Positions 7,368 to 17,018 of a DNA stretch of 64,000 nucleotides are shown here, piece after piece. The position numbers and the translations under genes were made by a program. The DNA is from Bdellovibrionales bacterium. GTDB taxonomy: Bacteria; Bdellovibrionota; Bdellovibrionia; Bdellovibrionales; UBA1609. Positions within the stretch are counted from its first letter, which is position 1; every line of letters begins with the position of its first letter. The notes below the pieces were generated by a model. That model saw only the letters and a list, made by a program, of their open reading frames with translations, made no database searches and had not been told where the DNA came from. The DNA lies in NCBI GenBank assembly GCA_028283955.1, contig JANQSP010000076.1:4064-68063 (forward strand), given 5' to 3'.

Positions 7368-7443
7368 TGGAGCTGGGTAAGGGAATCGAACCCCCAACCT
7401 GCTGATTACAAATCAGCTGCTCTACCAGTTGAGCTAACCCAGC
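7368..7443 (-). tRNA. tRNA-Thr (TGT), CCA encoded
   Basis: Reverse complement GCTGGGTTAGCTCAACTGGTAGAGC-AGCTGA-TTTGTAA-TCAGC..GGTTCGATTCC..CCCAGCTCCA. Confidence 0.9.
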
Positions 7444-7645
7444 ACAACCCCTCCCAAATTACATTTTCATCATTCGGTACAAAATCTTATCAAATTTTAA
7501 TCAGTAAACTTTGTTTCTAATTGAAAAAAACCTATTAAGTCAATAATTTCCCAGTTTTAAGTTTATTTTGACACAAAAAAGTCCAGATCAGAGATCTTCT
7601 GTTTTGTTGGAAATTCTAGTATTCCACCTTAAACAGAACTAAACT

Positions 7646-8305
7646 CTAATGTCTTTCCCCTTTTTCCAGTCTGGAAATACACTCATCTATAACATATCGA
7701 TATCTATCCCTGGCTTCAAACTTCTCAAAATCCGGATAACCTGCATACAAACTGGGCACAACAAAAGATACCTCTAATTCCCTTATTTTCTTCAAACTAT
7801 GAATCATTTCCTCCTGCTTCCCATCAAAGATAGTCACACGCCACTGCCCTTCACAAGGATAAAATGTGTCACCTGAAAACAAAATATTTTCTCCATTATC
7901 CTGTTCCACAAAAAAACAGGTGCTTCCCGGACAGTGACCAGGGGTATGTATAGCCTGTATATTTCCAAAAACCTCTCCACCGGAAATAGTTTGCCCTACT
8001 TTACACTCCTTAGCCACCTCCTTTGCTTCCAGATGATGGCATATTAAAGGCGCATTAAATTTTTCCAATACCTTATCAGAATAAGGAGAAGATTCATGTC
8101 TATGATTCAGCATTTGAAAAGATAAACCTCCTTTTTTAAGAATAAAGTCAAAATCACCCTCTATATATTTAGAACTATAAAAAAGTGTATTACCCGATAA
8201 AGTCACCAATAAATAGGCTGCTGACCGACAAAAAGGTTCTCCTTCTTTTTTTCCAAAAGGAAAGTCGAGCTGACTTTGATATAAATTTTCCGCTATTCTC
8301 TTCAT
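7646..8305 (-). CDS. MBL-fold metallo-hydrolase
   Basis: HTPGHCPGSTCF and downstream GDTFYP motifs typical of the beta-lactamase fold. Confidence 0.75.
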   Translation of the reverse strand: MKRIAENLYQSQLDFPFGKKEGEPFCRSAAYLLVTLSGNTLFYSSKYIEGDFDFILKKGGLSFQMLNHRHESSPYSDKVLEKFNAPLICHHLEAKEVAKECKVGQTISGGEVFGNIQAIHTPGHCPGSTCFFVEQDNGENILFSGDTFYPCEGQWRVTIFDGKQEEMIHSLKKIRELEVSFVVPSLYAGYPDFEKFEARDRYRYVIDECISRLEKGERH

Positions 8306-8330
8306 GATTTAAGACAGAGCATATATTCCA

Positions 8331-8675
8331 TTAGCCAGGAGGCCATTTCATAGGGCGACCACCCAAAATATGAATATGGATATGATAGACTGTCTGCCCC
8401 CCATCATTACCGGTATTAACCACCAACCGCCAGCCTTCTTTTAAACCCTGTTTTAGAGCAATCTCTTTCGCCTTCACTATCAAATGCCCCATCAAAGATT
8501 GATCATCCTCCCCCACTTCCCGGTGACTGGAAATTTCTTTTTTGGGTATCAATAAAATATGAACAGGAGCTTGTGGACGTATATCATCAAAAGCAATACA
8601 TAGCTCATCTTCATAATGAATATTAGCTGGAATCTCCTTATTGATGATCTTTTGAAAAATTGTGGAAATAGCCAC
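8331..8675 (-). CDS. HIT-family (HinT-like) nucleotide hydrolase
   Basis: [12 protein letters not shown]-terminus and histidine triad HIHIHILGG. Confidence 0.9.
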   Translation of the reverse strand: MAISTIFQKIINKEIPANIHYEDELCIAFDDIRPQAPVHILLIPKKEISSHREVGEDDQSLMGHLIVKAKEIALKQGLKEGWRLVVNTGNDGGQTVYHIHIHILGGRPMKWPPG

Positions 8676-8711
8676 TCTCCCCTTTAAAGTTCAATGACAG
8701 TCGGAAAAAAT

Positions 8712-8978
8712 TCAGTTTGTTTCCCGCTTTCTCACTTTAGCGTATTTCTTCATAAATTTTTCCGCTCTTCCCTCTGTATCCAACAGTCGCTGTTGACCTG
8801 TATAAAAAGGATGGGAGGAACTGGACACGTCAAAAGTCACCAACGGATAGCTTTTTCCATTCAATTCAATGGTATTTTTACTTTTTGCCGTCGATTTTGT
8901 AATGATATGAAACTGAGTGGATACATCCTTAAACACCACTTCCCTAAATTCCGGATGAATCTTTTTCTTCATAGCCAA
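8712..8978 (-). CDS. rpmE2: 50S ribosomal protein L31 type B (non-zinc form)
   Basis: MKKKIHPEFREVVFKD..SSSSHPFYTGQQR..GRAEKFMKKY. No CxxC motif. Confidence 0.9.
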   Translation of the reverse strand: MAMKKKIHPEFREVVFKDVSTQFHIITKSTAKSKNTIELNGKSYPLVTFDVSSSSHPFYTGQQRLLDTEGRAEKFMKKYAKVRKRETN

Positions 8979-9163
8979 CCTCTTAATATAATTTAAATAA
9001 TGAACTTAAGTACTTATCACGGAAAAAACAAACCCGCAAGCCATTCATGGTCTTACCCATCCTTTTTCCAAAAGAGAATTTGACTTATTAGACCTAAAAA
9101 AAGTAAATCTGTTAGGTGTAAGAGAATATAGAAGCCGTAAAATTTTCTAAATTAAGGAATTAA

Positions 9164-9793
9164 ATGAGTAAAAAAACTAAAACAGCTCGTTTTCGAACAC
9201 AAAGAAGATTAGGTACTGAGCTCCCTGGCTTAGGCAAGCCCGGAGCCTTGGAAAGGCGTCCTTACCCTCCAGGGGAAAGTGGTAACAAAAGAAAGAAATA
9301 CTCAGACTATGCTCTCCGTTTGGAGGAAAAACAAAAAATTCGCTTTCACTATTGCCTGAAAGAACATCAACTCAGGCGATTTATTAGAAATGCCAAAACC
9401 GGACAAAGTTCCAACTGGATTAACAAGCTGGTGGGTCTTTTGGAAAGACGTTTGGACAATGTGGTTTTCCGTTTGGGCCTGGCTCCCAGTATCCCAGCCG
9501 CCCGCCAACTGGTTTCACATGGCCATATTCAGGTAAACGGAAAACGAGTGAACATTCCCTCCTGTGTTCTAAAACCCGGACAGGAAGTGAAACTGAAAGA
9601 AAAATCAGAAAAAAATCAAACTGTATTAACGGCAACACAAAACCCTCGTATGGATGTACCTGATTTCCTTAAAAAAGAGGAAAAAGACGGAAGCGTCAAA
9701 GGAACAGTTTTATCCATCCCGGGGCTGGAATACATCCCTTTTAAATGTGACACAGGTCTGTTGACGGAATACTATGCCGCCAGAAAAGCCTGA
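9164..9793 (+). CDS. rpsD: 30S ribosomal protein S4
   Basis: ARFRTQRRLG..YALRLEEKQKIRFHY..RRLDNVVFRLGLAPSIPAARQLVSHGHIQVNGKRVNIPS. Confidence 0.95.
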   Translation: MSKKTKTARFRTQRRLGTELPGLGKPGALERRPYPPGESGNKRKKYSDYALRLEEKQKIRFHYCLKEHQLRRFIRNAKTGQSSNWINKLVGLLERRLDNVVFRLGLAPSIPAARQLVSHGHIQVNGKRVNIPSCVLKPGQEVKLKEKSEKNQTVLTATQNPRMDVPDFLKKEEKDGSVKGTVLSIPGLEYIPFKCDTGLLTEYYAARKA

Positions 9794-9830
9794 TTTTTTA
9801 ATAGAGTAAACATAAAAGAGGAAGTCTGCA

Positions 9831-10010
9831 TTGGCTAAGAAAAAAGGAAAAAAAATTATTACTTTGGAATGTACGGAAGCCAGGAAAGAAGGCAAACCTC
9901 CTTCCCGTTATACCACAAGGAAAAACGCTCAGGCCCATCCGGAAAGACTGGAGAAGAAAAAGTACAATCCTTTCCTCAGAAGACATACCCTACATAAGGA
10001 AATTAAATAA
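9831..10010 (+). CDS. rpmG: 50S ribosomal protein L33 (59 aa, TTG start; not in the supplied ORF track)
   Basis: Hand translation: (M)[58 protein letters not shown]. This is the L33 signature (..Y.T.KN....P.RLE.KKY.P..R.H..H.E.K). Confidence 0.85.
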   Translation: MAKKKGKKIITLECTEARKEGKPPSRYTTRKNAQAHPERLEKKKYNPFLRRHTLHKEIK

Positions 10011-10011
10011 T

Positions 10012-10626
10012 TTGGAAAACCTTTCCATTTTAAAAGACAAAAACCCCATACAAATTCTCAAAAACTGGTTGCGGGAAGCGGAAGAATCCCCAGAGATCAG
10101 CAAGGCCAATGTAATGGTCCTGTCCAGTTTTAACATAAGATTAGAAGGTAAACACAAAATCTCCTCCCGTGTCGTATTACTAAAAGAAATCACAGAAGAG
10201 AGTCTGACTTTCTACACCAACTACAACAGTTTAAAAAGCCATCAATTGGAAAACCCATCCGCTCTCAATTTTTACTGGCCGGCTCTTAACAAACAAGTCC
10301 GACTGGAAGGAGAGACAAAAAGAACAAATCGGAAAAAGTCCCTTCAGTATTGGAAAACACGCTCCAGAGAAAGCCAGATCAGTCAATATATCTCCAAACA
10401 ATCAGAAAAACTGGACAGGAGAAGTATATTGGAAAAGAAATGGAAGGAAACCCAAAAAAAGTTTCATGGAGAAGACATTCCCTGTCCTCCTCATTGGGGT
10501 GGTATTATTTTTAGTCCAAATTTAATTGAATTTTGGGTGGAAAGGCCCCACCGTCTCCACGAGCGTCTTGTGTTTGAAAAAGACCCGATAAGAAAAGAAT
10601 GGCAGTCTTATTTGCTCTACCCTTAA
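10012..10626 (+). CDS. pdxH: Pyridoxamine 5'-phosphate oxidase
   Basis: TTG start 2 nt after the rpmG stop. ..RVVLLKE..FYTNYNS.K..QL..NP.A.L.FYW..L..QVR.EG.. and C-terminal IEFW..RPHRLHERL. Confidence 0.85.
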   Translation: MENLSILKDKNPIQILKNWLREAEESPEISKANVMVLSSFNIRLEGKHKISSRVVLLKEITEESLTFYTNYNSLKSHQLENPSALNFYWPALNKQVRLEGETKRTNRKKSLQYWKTRSRESQISQYISKQSEKLDRRSILEKKWKETQKKFHGEDIPCPPHWGGIIFSPNLIEFWVERPHRLHERLVFEKDPIRKEWQSYLLYP

Positions 10627-10689
10627 TAAAAATAAAGTAAAAAGTGATTTGATTTTTGAACAGGTTTTTATTAAAATTTATAAGCTTTT

Positions 10690-12189
10690 ATGTCTGTTAA
10701 ATCAGTACCTCTTTTTATTGATGGAAAGTTTTCTCATAGTCTTTCTGAAGAGACACGGGAAGTAGCTGATCCATCCAATCAGGAAATTTTAGCCCGGGTT
10801 CCTTTTGCCAAAAAAGAAGAGGTGAATCAAGCAGTTCAAAGCGCCAGTTCCGCTTTTTTGACCTGGAAAGAGGTTCCTGTTCCAGAACGAGCGAGACTTT
10901 TTTTTGAATATCAAAAAAATCTTAAAAAAGAACAGGATGAGATTGCAAAAATTCTCAGTCAGGAAAATGGGAAAACCTTTGAAGATGCCAAAGGAGATGT
11001 ATGGCGGGGAATTGAGGTGGTAGAACAGGCTTGCCATGCTCCCGCCTTAATGATGGGGGAAACAGTGGAAAATGTTTCCCGCTCCATTGATACTTGTTCT
11101 TATTTACAACCTTTAGGGGTTTGTGTCGGCATCACACCTTTTAATTTTCCAGCTATGATTCCTCTTTGGATGTTTCCAATGGCCATTGTTTGTGGAAATA
11201 CTTTCGTTTTAAAACCTTCTGAACAAGATCCTCTTACTCCCCATAAACTAGCTGAGATTTTCGATAAAACCGGTTTTCCAAAGGGAGTTTTAAATATCAT
11301 TCATGGAGGAAGAGAGCAAGTGGACTATTTGATAAAACATCCTGATGTAAAGGCTGTTTCTTTTGTGGGATCCGCTCCTGTCGCTCAACACGTTTATCGC
11401 ACAGGAACTCAACATTTGAAGAGAGTGCAGGCTTTTGCCGGTGCCAAGAATCATTTAATAGTTATGCCGGATGCAGATAAAGAGCAAGTGCTACAAAGTC
11501 TGGCGGGGGCTTCCTGCGGAGCTGCTGGACAAAGATGTATGGCTATTAGTGTAGCTGTCTTTGTAGGGGAAGCACAAAATTGGATTATTAGCTTGAAAGA
11601 AGCTTTAAAGCGACTGAAACTTGGGAGCTGGAAAGATAAAGGAGCTCACTATGGCCCTCTTATTAGCCGTGCGGCTAAGAAGAGAGTGCTATCTTTAATT
11701 GAAAAGGGAAAACAAGAGGGAGCGGAAATTCTTCTGGATGGCTCCGATTACCGTTCTGAAAAATGGCCAAAAGGTAATTTTGTAGGTCCCACTCTTTTTG
11801 ATAAAGTGAGTTCGGAAATGTCCATATATAAAGAAGAAATTTTTGGGCCAGTTTTACTTTGCGTAAGGGTCCAGGATTTAACTGAAGCTTTAGAATTAAT
11901 AAATAAAAACCCTTACGGTAATGGCACTTCTATTTTTACTCGTTCCGGTTCTGCTGCTCGTCGTTTTCGACATGAAGTGGAAGTGGGTCAAGTGGGTATC
12001 AATATTCCTATTCCTGTTCCTTTACCCTTTTTCTCGTTTACAGGCTGGAAACATTCTTTCTTCGGGGATCAACATGCTTATGGCAAGCAGGCCATTCGCT
12101 TTTTTACAGAGACAAAAACGGTTATTTCCAGATGGTTTCAGGAGGACCCGAAATCCCGAAAACCCAATATGACTATTAGTATGAAGTAG
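10690..12189 (+). CDS. mmsA: Methylmalonate-semialdehyde dehydrogenase (CoA-acylating)
   Basis: Aldehyde dehydrogenase family. [28 protein letters not shown] catalytic Cys. 499 aa. Confidence 0.9.
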   Translation: MSVKSVPLFIDGKFSHSLSEETREVADPSNQEILARVPFAKKEEVNQAVQSASSAFLTWKEVPVPERARLFFEYQKNLKKEQDEIAKILSQENGKTFEDAKGDVWRGIEVVEQACHAPALMMGETVENVSRSIDTCSYLQPLGVCVGITPFNFPAMIPLWMFPMAIVCGNTFVLKPSEQDPLTPHKLAEIFDKTGFPKGVLNIIHGGREQVDYLIKHPDVKAVSFVGSAPVAQHVYRTGTQHLKRVQAFAGAKNHLIVMPDADKEQVLQSLAGASCGAAGQRCMAISVAVFVGEAQNWIISLKEALKRLKLGSWKDKGAHYGPLISRAAKKRVLSLIEKGKQEGAEILLDGSDYRSEKWPKGNFVGPTLFDKVSSEMSIYKEEIFGPVLLCVRVQDLTEALELINKNPYGNGTSIFTRSGSAARRFRHEVEVGQVGINIPIPVPLPFFSFTGWKHSFFGDQHAYGKQAIRFFTETKTVISRWFQEDPKSRKPNMTISMK

Positions 12190-12237
12190 CCTTCCAGTGA
12201 TGAGCATGTAGTAGTTCAACTATGAGGGTATATTTAT

Positions 12238-13389
12238 ATGGATTTTAACTTAACTCAGGATCAGCTTGCGTTTCAGGCTGTCGCACGGGGGTTTGCTGAA
12301 AAGGAACTAAAACCTCATGCGGCTCGATGGGACAGAGAAAATATTTTTCCGAAATCCACTATAAAAAAAGCAGCTGGTCAGGGTTTTTGTGGCCTGTATT
12401 TGAAAGAAGATAAGGGTGGAATGGCTTGCACACGTTTGGATACGGCTTTGATCTTGGAGGAGTTGGCTGTTGCTTGTCCATCCACGGCAGCTTATATTTC
12501 CATTCATAATATGACAGCTTGGATGATTGATGAATTTGGAAATGAAAATCTGAGAGAAAAATTTGTTCGTAAGATGGTAAAAGGAGAATGGTTGGGCTCA
12601 TACTGTTTAACAGAACCTTGGTCTGGATCAGATGCAGCTGGTTTAAAAACAACAGCTCAAAAAAAAGGAGACAAATGGATTTTAAACGGAACCAAATCTT
12701 TTGTATCCGGTGCGGGGGATACAGAAGTGCTTCTGGTTATGGCCAGAACAGGGGAACATAAGACGAAAGGTATTTCCAGCTTTGTCGTGCCGGCAGAATC
12801 AAAAGGTATTTCTTATGGAAAAAACGAGAAAAAGATGGGTTGGAATTCCCAGCCCACTCGTATTGTAAATTTGGATGAAGTGGAGGTGCCCGAAGAAAAC
12901 ATTTTGGGTAAGGAAGGGGACGGTTTTAAAATTGCTATGCGGGGTTTAAATGGAGGTAGAATTAATATTGGAGTGTGTTCTGTTGGAGCAGGCAGAGCGG
13001 CTGTTCAATACAGTCAGCAATACATGAAGGAGCGGGAGCAATTCGGAAAAACGCTCTCTCGTTTTCAAATACTGCGTTTTAAGATAGCGGATATGGTCAC
13101 TCATGTAACAGCTTCTCGTCAGATGATCTGGCTTGCGGCTGATAAGTTGGACAAGAAAGACCCTCAGCGAATTGCTTATTGTGCTATGGCCAAGAGATTT
13201 GCCACAGATATGTGTTTTGAAGTTTGCAATGAAGCAATTCAAATTTTTGGAGGGTATGGATATATACAGGACTACCCTGTAGAAAAACTCATGAGAGACG
13301 CCCGTGTTCACCAAATTTTAGAAGGAACAAATGAAATTATGAAAGTGATCATCTCACGGGCTATCTTAGAAGAGGGAATGTTAATTTAA
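12238..13389 (+). CDS. Acyl-CoA dehydrogenase, isobutyryl-CoA dehydrogenase-like
   Basis: SYCLTEPWSGSDAAGLKT, ILNGTKSFVSG, QIFGGYGY, RVHQILEGTNEIM. Confidence 0.9.
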   Translation: MDFNLTQDQLAFQAVARGFAEKELKPHAARWDRENIFPKSTIKKAAGQGFCGLYLKEDKGGMACTRLDTALILEELAVACPSTAAYISIHNMTAWMIDEFGNENLREKFVRKMVKGEWLGSYCLTEPWSGSDAAGLKTTAQKKGDKWILNGTKSFVSGAGDTEVLLVMARTGEHKTKGISSFVVPAESKGISYGKNEKKMGWNSQPTRIVNLDEVEVPEENILGKEGDGFKIAMRGLNGGRINIGVCSVGAGRAAVQYSQQYMKEREQFGKTLSRFQILRFKIADMVTHVTASRQMIWLAADKLDKKDPQRIAYCAMAKRFATDMCFEVCNEAIQIFGGYGYIQDYPVEKLMRDARVHQILEGTNEIMKVIISRAILEEGMLI

Positions 13390-14495
13390 TGAAAGTGATT
13401 TTTAAAGAGCATCTGAAATCAGATGGTTCTTTCTTAGCTGAGATAAAACTAAATCGCCCCGAAGCTTTAAACGCTCTTGACCTGGAAATGATCCTAACTA
13501 TTAAAAATCAATTGAATGAATGGAAAAAAGATTCCCGACTGTCCGTTGTGTTTTTACATGGAGAGGGAAATAAAGCTTTTTGTGCTGGCGGGGATGTCAA
13601 AGGCATTTACTCTTCCATTGTATCTGCCCGTGAGAATAACGAGGATCCTGGGCAGGCTGTTCAACCTTTTTTCGAAAATGAGTATCGTCTGGATTATTTG
13701 ATTCATACTTATCCCCGACCGGTTGTAGTGTGGGGACATGGTTTTGTCATGGGAGGGGGGATGGGATTGTTTCTGGCTGGATCTCATAGAGTGATGACAG
13801 ACAGTTCTGCTTTATCTATGCCGGAGATCAGCATTGGTCTTTTTCCTGATGTGGGTGCAAGCCATATACTGAGTCGCCTTCCTTTTGAAATAGGTTGGTA
13901 TTTGGCTTTAACAGGTTGTCGTTTAAACAGTTTGGAAGCGCAATTTTTGAAGATAACGGATTTTTATTTTAAAAAGGAAGAAAAAGAAAAAGCTATTCAA
14001 GCTCTTGTTTCTTCTTCATTTAAAGATGGAGAGGAATTGAACCTGATTTTGAAAAATGTTCAGAAGGAAAAGACATCTTTTTCTCAGAAGAACTGGATTG
14101 AAAAAAACAAAAACAAAATTGTTTCTTTATTTGAATCAAAAAAATTGAAAGATATTTATAAAAAATTTTATGACTCCGTTATAGAAACAGATAAAAAATG
14201 GGAGAAAAACCGACAAGCTTTTCTCCGTGGCTCTCCTACTTCAGCAGGCATTATTTGTGAACAATTGAAGAGAACTAAAACTTACAGTTTAAAAGAGGTT
14301 TTTCAGACCGACCTCATATTAGCTCTGAATTGCGCACGCAATTTTGATTTCTCCGAAGGAGTGAAAACTTTATTAGTGAAAAGAAAAGGTTTGCCACAAT
14401 GGAAATCGGATTCAATGGAAGATGTGAACGAGTTACAGATTAAGGAATACTTTAACTCTCCTCATGAATGGGTCAATCCACTACAAGATCTTTAA
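13389..14495 (+). CDS. 3-hydroxyisobutyryl-CoA hydrolase (crotonase superfamily)
   Basis: RPEALNAL, AFCAGGDVK, GFVMGGGMGL, PEISIGLFPDVG. The 368 aa length is typical of HIBCH. TAATG overlap with the upstream gene. Confidence 0.8.
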   Translation: MKVIFKEHLKSDGSFLAEIKLNRPEALNALDLEMILTIKNQLNEWKKDSRLSVVFLHGEGNKAFCAGGDVKGIYSSIVSARENNEDPGQAVQPFFENEYRLDYLIHTYPRPVVVWGHGFVMGGGMGLFLAGSHRVMTDSSALSMPEISIGLFPDVGASHILSRLPFEIGWYLALTGCRLNSLEAQFLKITDFYFKKEEKEKAIQALVSSSFKDGEELNLILKNVQKEKTSFSQKNWIEKNKNKIVSLFESKKLKDIYKKFYDSVIETDKKWEKNRQAFLRGSPTSAGIICEQLKRTKTYSLKEVFQTDLILALNCARNFDFSEGVKTLLVKRKGLPQWKSDSMEDVNELQIKEYFNSPHEWVNPLQDL

Positions 14496-14597
14496 TTTTT
14501 TATTTATAAATAGAAATATCTCTTCTTAAATACAGTGATGGTTTGCAATTTTTAACTGAGTATATTATAGATATAAAAATAACTTATTTAAAGTATT

Positions 14598-15485
14598 ATG
14601 GATCAAATTCTATTTATTGGTTTAGGAAACATGGGTTTTCCCATGGCTTGTAACCTTTTAAGAAAGGGATTTTCGGTTACAGGCTTTGATTTATATTCAA
14701 ACATTCAATCTTCTTTTGAAAAAGAGGGTGGAAAGTGGGCCCACTCTCTTGAGCAATCTGCCAATGAGTCGAACATAATTATTTCCATGCTCCCAGGGGG
14801 CAAGGAACTGAAAAATTTGTATATTAAAAATCAGAAATTGTTTTCTTTTTTACAGAAGGGCACTTTGATTATCGACTGTACAACAGCAGATCCGGAAATA
14901 ATACGGCAGGTGGCAGAGAAATCTAAAAAATATTTCTTAAATATGGTAGATGCTCCGGTTTCAGGAGGAACAGCCGGTGCAGCTCAAGGTACTTTAACTT
15001 TTATTGTGGGGGGAGCAGCATCCGATTTGGACAGAGCCAGGCCCTTCCTGTCAGCCATGGGTAAAAATATTTTTCATGCGGGAAAATCCGGTGATGGACA
15101 AGCAGTTAAAGTGTGCAATAATATGCTTCTTGCCATTCATATGATTGGCACCTGTGAAGCTTTAAATTTGGGAAAAGCCTTGGGACTTTCTACGAAGACA
15201 CTTAGTGAAATTATGAAGGTGAGCTCGGGAAACAATTGGTCATTGGAAAAGTATAATCCTTGTCCTGGAGTCATGAAAGGCGTGCCTTCTGACAGGGAGT
15301 ATGAAGGAGGTTTTGCCGTTCAGCTTATGGTGAAAGATCTCTCTTTGGCTATGAAATCAGCGAAAAGTTATGGCCAGAGTCCGGTGTTGGGAAAAAAGGC
15401 ATACGACCTTTACAAAACACATATGGAAAAAGGTTTTGGAAAAAAAGATTTTTCCCACGTTTTTAAACAGGAGAAGGGAAAATAG
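14598..15485 (+). CDS. mmsB: 3-hydroxyisobutyrate dehydrogenase
   Basis: N-terminal Rossmann FIGLGNMGFPMA, DAPVSGG, KVCNNMLLA. Confidence 0.85.
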   Translation: MDQILFIGLGNMGFPMACNLLRKGFSVTGFDLYSNIQSSFEKEGGKWAHSLEQSANESNIIISMLPGGKELKNLYIKNQKLFSFLQKGTLIIDCTTADPEIIRQVAEKSKKYFLNMVDAPVSGGTAGAAQGTLTFIVGGAASDLDRARPFLSAMGKNIFHAGKSGDGQAVKVCNNMLLAIHMIGTCEALNLGKALGLSTKTLSEIMKVSSGNNWSLEKYNPCPGVMKGVPSDREYEGGFAVQLMVKDLSLAMKSAKSYGQSPVLGKKAYDLYKTHMEKGFGKKDFSHVFKQEKGK

Positions 15486-15487
15486 CT

Positions 15488-16267
15488 GTGAATTTTCAAT
15501 ATTTACAATTCGAGTTGTCCTCCACCATTGGAGTACTGACTATTGATCGGCGACGTTCTTTAAATGCTCTAAATTCTGAAGTATTAGGAGAACTGGAATC
15601 CTTTGCCAAGCAAGCTGAAGAAAAAAAAGAACTCTCCGTCTTAATTATTACCGGTGCCGGCAAAAGTTTTATAGCCGGTGCGGATATTAAAGAAATGGTG
15701 GATTTCAATCAAAAGCAGGCCGAAGCTTTTTCAAAAAAAGGCCAAAAGGTATTTTCACTTATTGAGTCTCTTCCCTTTCCGGTTATAGCAGCAGTGAATG
15801 GCTTTGCTCTGGGAGGAGGGCTGGAACTGGCTTTAGCCTGTGATATTCTTTTTATGAGTGAAAAAGCCAAGGTGGGGTTGCCGGAAGTCACCCTCGGTTT
15901 ACTTCCGGCCTTTGGAGGCACTCAAAGGTTAACAAGGGCCGTGGGTGTATATAAAGCCAAAGAGATGATTTTTTCCGGAAATATTTATTCTTCCAAGGAA
16001 GTTTTCGAGATGGGTCTTGGTAATGAAGTGGTGGCCCCTTCAGAGTTAATGACGGCAACACTACTATTAGCAGAAGACATAAAACAAAGGGGACCTTTAG
16101 GAGTGGCAAAATCAAAAAAACTAATCCACACAGAAGATAATTTCACTTTACAGGATCGCTTGCAAAAAGAAGCGGAAGAGTTTGGCAAGCTGTTTAACTC
16201 CCATGAAGCTAAAGAAGGAATGCAGGCTTTTTTGGAAAAAAGAAAACCCAAGTTTAACAATATGTAA
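15488..16267 (+). CDS. Enoyl-CoA hydratase (crotonase)
   Basis: GTG start. SFIAGADIKEM, NGFALGGGLELALACD, PEVTLGLLPAFGGTQRL. Confidence 0.9.
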   Translation: MNFQYLQFELSSTIGVLTIDRRRSLNALNSEVLGELESFAKQAEEKKELSVLIITGAGKSFIAGADIKEMVDFNQKQAEAFSKKGQKVFSLIESLPFPVIAAVNGFALGGGLELALACDILFMSEKAKVGLPEVTLGLLPAFGGTQRLTRAVGVYKAKEMIFSGNIYSSKEVFEMGLGNEVVAPSELMTATLLLAEDIKQRGPLGVAKSKKLIHTEDNFTLQDRLQKEAEEFGKLFNSHEAKEGMQAFLEKRKPKFNNM

Positions 16268-16276
16268 GAATTATCA

Positions 16277-17014
16277 GTGAATACTGAAAGTCAGTTACAA
16301 GTTTTTCAAATCCCCGTTCTTCAGGATAATTACATTTATATCCTTCGTGATAACAATACACAAAAAACAGCCGTAGTGGATCCGGCCCTGTCAGAACCGG
16401 TGGACCTTTTTTTAAAAGAAAAAAACTGGAAATTGGATTTTATTTTTAATACTCATCATCATTGGGATCATACGGATGGCAACCTGGAATTAAAAAGGAA
16501 GTGGCATTGCCGAATACTGGGTTTTGCAAAAGATGCATATCGTATTCCCGGAATAGATCAACAACTACAGGAAGGGGAAGAATGCACCTTTGGAACATTT
16601 CCTTATCGTGTTTTATTTTTCCCGGGACATACTCTTGGACATATTGCTTACTGGTTTTTTGAAGAAAAAAAACTTTTCATTGGAGATACTCTGTTCGCTA
16701 TGGGTTGCGGCAGACTTTTTGAAGGAAGTCCACAGCAGATGTTCACCAGTCTCAATAAAATAAAATCTTTTCCTCCTGAGACAGAAGTTTTTTGTGCTCA
16801 TGAGTACACAGAAAAGAATGGTCAATTTGCCCTTAGTGTAGACTCTCAAAACCAAATTTTAAAAAATCGCATGAAAGAAGTACAAGCCAGCAGAAAAAAA
16901 AACCAGGCTACAGTTCCTTTTTTCCTCTCCGAAGAATTAAAAACAAACCCCTTTCTCAGAGCTTCCACCCTTAAAGAGTTTACCCGTCTTAGAAAAAAAA
17001 GAGATATTTTTTGA
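16277..17014 (+). CDS. gloB: Hydroxyacylglutathione hydrolase (glyoxalase II)
   Basis: GTG start. NTHHHWDHTDGN, PGHTLGHI, CAHEYT, TNPFLR. Confidence 0.85.
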   Translation: MNTESQLQVFQIPVLQDNYIYILRDNNTQKTAVVDPALSEPVDLFLKEKNWKLDFIFNTHHHWDHTDGNLELKRKWHCRILGFAKDAYRIPGIDQQLQEGEECTFGTFPYRVLFFPGHTLGHIAYWFFEEKKLFIGDTLFAMGCGRLFEGSPQQMFTSLNKIKSFPPETEVFCAHEYTEKNGQFALSVDSQNQILKNRMKEVQASRKKNQATVPFFLSEELKTNPFLRASTLKEFTRLRKKRDIF

Positions 17015-17018
17015 TTAA

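Noticed and set aside
7251-7520. 89-aa plus-strand ORF
   Set aside because: It is entirely antisense to tRNA-Tyr and tRNA-Thr, and the tRNA cloverleaves explain the sequence.
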